From Candidatus Aceula meridiana (GTDB lineage Bacteria > Omnitrophota > Gorgyraeia > Zapsychrales > Aceulaceae), in NCBI GenBank assembly GCA_030765185.1, contig JAVCDE010000003.1, forward strand, positions 128,038 through 192,037: a stretch of 64,000 bases of DNA, given 5' to 3'. Below the pieces are notes generated by a model that was given only the letters and a program-made list of their open reading frames with translations, had not been told where the DNA came from and did no database searches. The number at the start of each line of letters is the position of its first letter. The stretch's first letter is position 1. Shown here piece by piece: positions 60,656 to 64,000 of this stretch. The translations under genes were made by a program, and so were the position numbers.

Positions 60656-62047
60656 ATGAAATTATTGGATTCGTACAATAGGGGTAAAAAAAGAATTTTG
60701 TTGATTTCTTTGTTTGTTTTGGGGTTCTGCTTTTTTGCGAGTAAACATTTTGTTCGTGGAGAAGTAGTGGAGGGTGAGGTGCATAGATGTGAAATGTTTG
60801 CTATGATTGGCGGGTCCGGAAGATGTTGGGGGGAGATTGCCGTGCAAGAAAACGATACTTCGATATGTGACAAGGCTCGAGAATCTGAATATTGTTACAT
60901 AGAGTTTGCGGCACGAAAGAAAGATCCTGCTCTTTGTCTTGAACAATGGGGGAAGCTAGCGGGCTCAGAACCATCTTATTACAGGGACATGTGTCTGAAA
61001 GAAGTTGCCATAAGAGCACAAATACCTTCTCTTTGTGATGACATAGGACCCAGTTATTTTAAGACTGAATGTTATACAGAGCTTGCAAAATTAGAAGGAG
61101 AAAAGTCTTATTGTGAAAAAATTTCTTCAGATGATCATCGCTATTCTTGCTATGTGAACATGGATCCTCATGAGTATGGACATTTATGCGAAGAAATAAA
61201 AAATAGGGGCAATAAAGATGGGTGCATTAGGATGGTGGCTATGGAGGAAAAGGACTACAAAAAATGCTTGGAAATAATCTCAGGGCAAGGACGAGATCTT
61301 TGTCTAGGGCAGGTTGAGGATTATGATTTTAAAAAATGTGAGCTGATAGAAGATCAGAGAATGAAAGATCATTGCTATATAGAGGTGATAAAATTTAGAA
61401 ATTATGATGTTGAAAAAAGTGTATGCAGGAAAATAGAAAATCAATACTCTCATGATGAATGCGTTTCCAAACTCGCTTATACGAAAGTTGCTCATAAGGA
61501 TTGCGATCAAATAGAAAATCAGAAATTTAGGCTTTTCTGTAACCGAAAAGGTATGCCAAAAGAATGTGATGTTTTAGAAGACGAGGGAGAGAGAAAGGAA
61601 TGTTTTTCTCTGCTGACTTATCTAGGGGGAGATGCTTCTTGTTGCTCTCAACTGCCAGAAGGCGAGGAAAGGCGCACTTGTCATCTGTATATTTACGAGA
61701 AGGGTTATGTTAGAACATGTAGCAATACTCGTGACGAAACAAAAAAACAGCAATGTTATTTGCAGCTGGCAGTAGATACGGGCAATGTTGAGGTTTGCAA
61801 TCAAATGGAAAAAGGAGCGATAAAGCAGCAATGTTATCATCAGGTGGCTGAAAAAACTGGAAATATTCAAGCGTGTCATCAGATGGAAGGAGAAGGGCCC
61901 CAATGGAATTGCTACGCCGGAGTAGCTTTACATTCAAAGGACAAGACAATTTGCCAAAAGATTGAGGATGATTATTGGAAGGGTGTTTGTTTGAAGTGGA
62001 TCAACATTGATAGGGATGGTGGAAATCCCCCGTCGTCTAGATTTTAG
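60656..62047 (+). CDS. Membrane-anchored cysteine-rich tandem-repeat protein (about 16 repeats with two Cys per repeat)
   Basis: N-terminal TM anchor (LLISLFVLGFCFFA), then repeats of roughly 24-28 aa with the pattern C-x(9-12)-C-[YFL]-x2-[VLI]-A (e.g. CELIEDQRMKDHCYIEVIK, CNQMEKGAIKQQCYHQVAE, CHQMEGEGPQWNCYAGVAL). Confidence 0.5.
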   Translation: MKLLDSYNRGKKRILLISLFVLGFCFFASKHFVRGEVVEGEVHRCEMFAMIGGSGRCWGEIAVQENDTSICDKARESEYCYIEFAARKKDPALCLEQWGKLAGSEPSYYRDMCLKEVAIRAQIPSLCDDIGPSYFKTECYTELAKLEGEKSYCEKISSDDHRYSCYVNMDPHEYGHLCEEIKNRGNKDGCIRMVAMEEKDYKKCLEIISGQGRDLCLGQVEDYDFKKCELIEDQRMKDHCYIEVIKFRNYDVEKSVCRKIENQYSHDECVSKLAYTKVAHKDCDQIENQKFRLFCNRKGMPKECDVLEDEGERKECFSLLTYLGGDASCCSQLPEGEERRTCHLYIYEKGYVRTCSNTRDETKKQQCYLQLAVDTGNVEVCNQMEKGAIKQQCYHQVAEKTGNIQACHQMEGEGPQWNCYAGVALHSKDKTICQKIEDDYWKGVCLKWINIDRDGGNPPSSRF

Positions 62048-62255
62048 CCGGACTTCTAGGGTAATTTCGAAGGATGGTTTGCGTTGCTATCGGTTAAATC
62101 ATTTATCCAGTTTGTGGTGTCGTGCACAATGATGTGCATTTTAACCAGGAGATTTTGGACAAACGTTTGGTGAGCTTGTATTAAAGGAAAGCGCAAAATT
62201 TTTCCAGATAGAGAATTTTTTTAAATTTAGAAACTATTGCTTAAAATTTTATTTT

Positions 62256-63026
62256 ATGATTAATCTAATAGATACCCATGCACACTTAAATGATATTGAA
62301 GATATCGATTCTGCTCTGACGCGGGCTAAAGAAACAGGTGTGACCACGATTATTGCGCAAGGCGTTGATCTGGCATCCAACAAAAAGAATCTGGCGATTA
62401 AGCAAAAATTCTTGGATATGGACATTCGTTTGGCATTTGGTATTCATCCAGGCAATATTAACGAGAGTGAAATTGAAGAGACTTTTGAGTTTATTCGGGA
62501 ACATAAAGATGATATTGTCGCCATTGGAGAGACAGGGCTAGATTTTTGGTATCGATGGGTTCGCAAAGATGATGAAAAAAAACAACAGCAAAAGCAGATT
62601 TTTGAAAGGCAGATTGATTTAGCGAAAGAATTTGATCTTCCGATTGTGATCCATAGTCGCGGAGCGTGGCAAGACTGTTTTTTGATGGCTAAAAAAAAGC
62701 ATGTTGAAAAAGCTGTGTTTCATTGGTATAGTGGGCCTGTAGATGTTTTAAAGGAAGTTTTAGATAGCGGGTTCTTTATTTCTGCGACACCGGCGTTGGC
62801 TTACAGTTTTGAGTTGCAAGAGGCAATTGCATTTGCGCCAATCGAACAAACTTTGGTTGAAACAGATTCGCCAGTTTTTTATAAGATTGATGAAAAGGGC
62901 TTTAAGGCAGAACCTAAAGACGTTTTTAAAACATTAGAGTTTTACAGTCACTTGAAGAAGATAGATCCTCAGAAAGCGGCAAATATTCTTAACGCAAATG
63001 CAAAAAAAGTTTTTCACTTATCTTAA
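62256..63026 (+). CDS. tatD: TatD-family metal-dependent DNase/hydrolase
   Basis: N-terminus IDTHAHLN and the TIM-barrel metal ligands. Confidence 0.8.
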   Translation: MINLIDTHAHLNDIEDIDSALTRAKETGVTTIIAQGVDLASNKKNLAIKQKFLDMDIRLAFGIHPGNINESEIEETFEFIREHKDDIVAIGETGLDFWYRWVRKDDEKKQQQKQIFERQIDLAKEFDLPIVIHSRGAWQDCFLMAKKKHVEKAVFHWYSGPVDVLKEVLDSGFFISATPALAYSFELQEAIAFAPIEQTLVETDSPVFYKIDEKGFKAEPKDVFKTLEFYSHLKKIDPQKAANILNANAKKVFHLS

Positions 63027-63031
63027 AAAAT

Positions 63032-63817
63032 ATGTTTGAAATTTTAAGCAAACAAATTATTACTGACCGCGTAAAGCGTATTGACGTTAAAGCCCCTAAA
63101 ATTGCTCAAACGGCAAAGCCGGGACAGTTTGTTTTAGTCATGCCTGATGACAAAACGATGCGCGTTAGCCTTCCGATTGCTGAGGTTAACCTTATAAAAG
63201 AATCTATTACGCTTATCTTCTGTGAGGATAGCCCATCTCTTGATAGGCTTGGTAATTTATGGATTGGCGACTCACTCTCCGCTGTGATTGGCCCGCTTGG
63301 GATGCCAGAGGCGATTGTAAAAGAAAGCAAGGTGGCTTGTGTCGGGTATGGGATTGGTATCGCCGCAATTATGTTTTTATGCCGGGAGCTTCGTAAAAAT
63401 GACAACAAAGTTATCGGCATTATCGGAGGAAAAACAGGGAAAGATATTATTTTAGAGCCACAGATGCGTTTAACGTGTCAAAAAATATTTTTAATGACCG
63501 AAGATGGAACGGCTGGGCGAAAAGGGTATGTGACGCAAGCGCTTGAAGAAGTTGTTCAGAATGAAAAAGCCTCTTTGGTTTATGTTGCTGGGCCTATTGA
63601 AATTATTGAAGAAATTCTTATTGTTGCGAGGGCGCAGGCCGTTAAAACTAAAGTTATTATCGAGCCGCTGACCATTGACGGAATGGGAATTTGCGGGACA
63701 GGGCAAATTTGTGTGGACGGTGCTGATACGTGTGTTGCCCTGGATGGGCCGATTTTTGAGGCAGAAAAACTTGACCTTGAGAATTTAAGACAAAAAATGA
63801 ATAATTTTACCAAATAA
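63032..63817 (+). CDS. PyrK-like FAD/NAD(P)-binding ferredoxin-reductase subunit with C-terminal 2Fe-2S (NfnA/SudB-type)
   Basis: FNR-like fold and C-terminal cysteine cluster GMGICGTGQICVDGADTC. Followed by a GltD-like partner. Confidence 0.6.
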   Translation: MFEILSKQIITDRVKRIDVKAPKIAQTAKPGQFVLVMPDDKTMRVSLPIAEVNLIKESITLIFCEDSPSLDRLGNLWIGDSLSAVIGPLGMPEAIVKESKVACVGYGIGIAAIMFLCRELRKNDNKVIGIIGGKTGKDIILEPQMRLTCQKIFLMTEDGTAGRKGYVTQALEEVVQNEKASLVYVAGPIEIIEEILIVARAQAVKTKVIIEPLTIDGMGICGTGQICVDGADTCVALDGPIFEAEKLDLENLRQKMNNFTK

Positions 63818-63828
63818 TATGAGACAAC

Positions 63829-64000
63829 CAAACATACCGGTGCAGACCCCGGCCAAACGAGTTAAAAATTTTCATGAAGTGGAATTAGGATTTTCCAAAA
63901 GACAAGCTATGGAAGAGGCCAGACGATGCCCTCAGTGTACTAATCCAAAGTGCGTTGCTGGATGCCCCTTAGGGGTTGATATCCCTGGGTTTATTCGCTC
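63829..64000 (+). CDS. GltD-like NADPH-dependent oxidoreductase subunit (NfnB/SudA-type), N-terminal fragment continuing beyond the window
   Basis: N-terminal Fe-S segment ...RRCPQCTNPKCVAGCPLGVDIPGFI typical of glutamate-synthase small-subunit homologues. Confidence 0.6.

Noticed and set aside
62123-62142. TGCACA-atga-TGTGCA-TTTT as the terminator of the Cys-repeat gene
   Set aside because: Only a 6-bp AT-containing stem. Too weak to call confidently.

Overview
This 64-kb window looks like core chromosome from an AT-rich, gene-dense bacterium. Nearly all genes are on the + strand, many with 4-nt ATGA overlaps. No rRNA, CRISPR, integrase, transposase or phage genes are visible.

Gene content in order:
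- Tail of the spc/alpha ribosomal-protein operon: secY C-terminus, adk, map, infA, rpmJ, rpsM, rpsK, rpsD, rpoA, rplQ.
- Metabolism and envelope genes: aminotransferase, orphan pilT, icd, lipB with a standalone lipoyl domain, three glycosyl/acyl-transferases, a TonB-like protein, aroQ, pepP, efp, accBC, Asp23/AmaP, pfkA, gmhA, rfaE-II.
- tRNA-Gly(CCC), then an NlpD-like peptidase and a tight five-gene operon of nucleotide-handling enzymes: Arch_ATPase/DUF234 ATPase, YfcE-type phosphoesterase, HIT, Dgt-type dNTPase, GAF-HD-GYP.
- SPOR protein, M50 protease, aroB.
- A minus-strand GspA/GspB-like pair divergent from a PilZ / YHS-TRASH zinc ribbon / PilZ / micropeptide cluster.
- rluA, a mazG-like gene, uvrB, two GT-C/TPR membrane glycosyltransferase-like genes flanking coaX, and cspA preceded by a promoter-plus-terminator small transcript.
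- CIRCE-controlled groESL, followed by stacked hairpins and a terminator-bracketed two-gene micro-cassette.
- CBS-less guaB, guaA, dnaE, hup, hisS, a short archaeal-type aspS, and the phoH / 7TM-HD / ybeY / recO block.
- A complete Hel308/HelQ-type Ski2 helicase on the minus strand.
- dtd followed by a membrane gene and a decayed second copy of the dtd 3' end.
- A 463-aa membrane-anchored protein built of about 16 two-cysteine tandem repeats.
- tatD and a PyrK-like NfnA/SudB plus GltD-like NfnB/SudA pair running off the end.

The most promising candidates for undescribed biology are the nucleotide-hydrolase operon headed by the orphan ATPase, the cysteine tandem-repeat surface protein with the adjacent dtd relic, the solitary bacterial Hel308, and the GspAB-PilZ-TRASH cluster. 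None can be verified without database searches, so all functional calls rest on recognised motifs.
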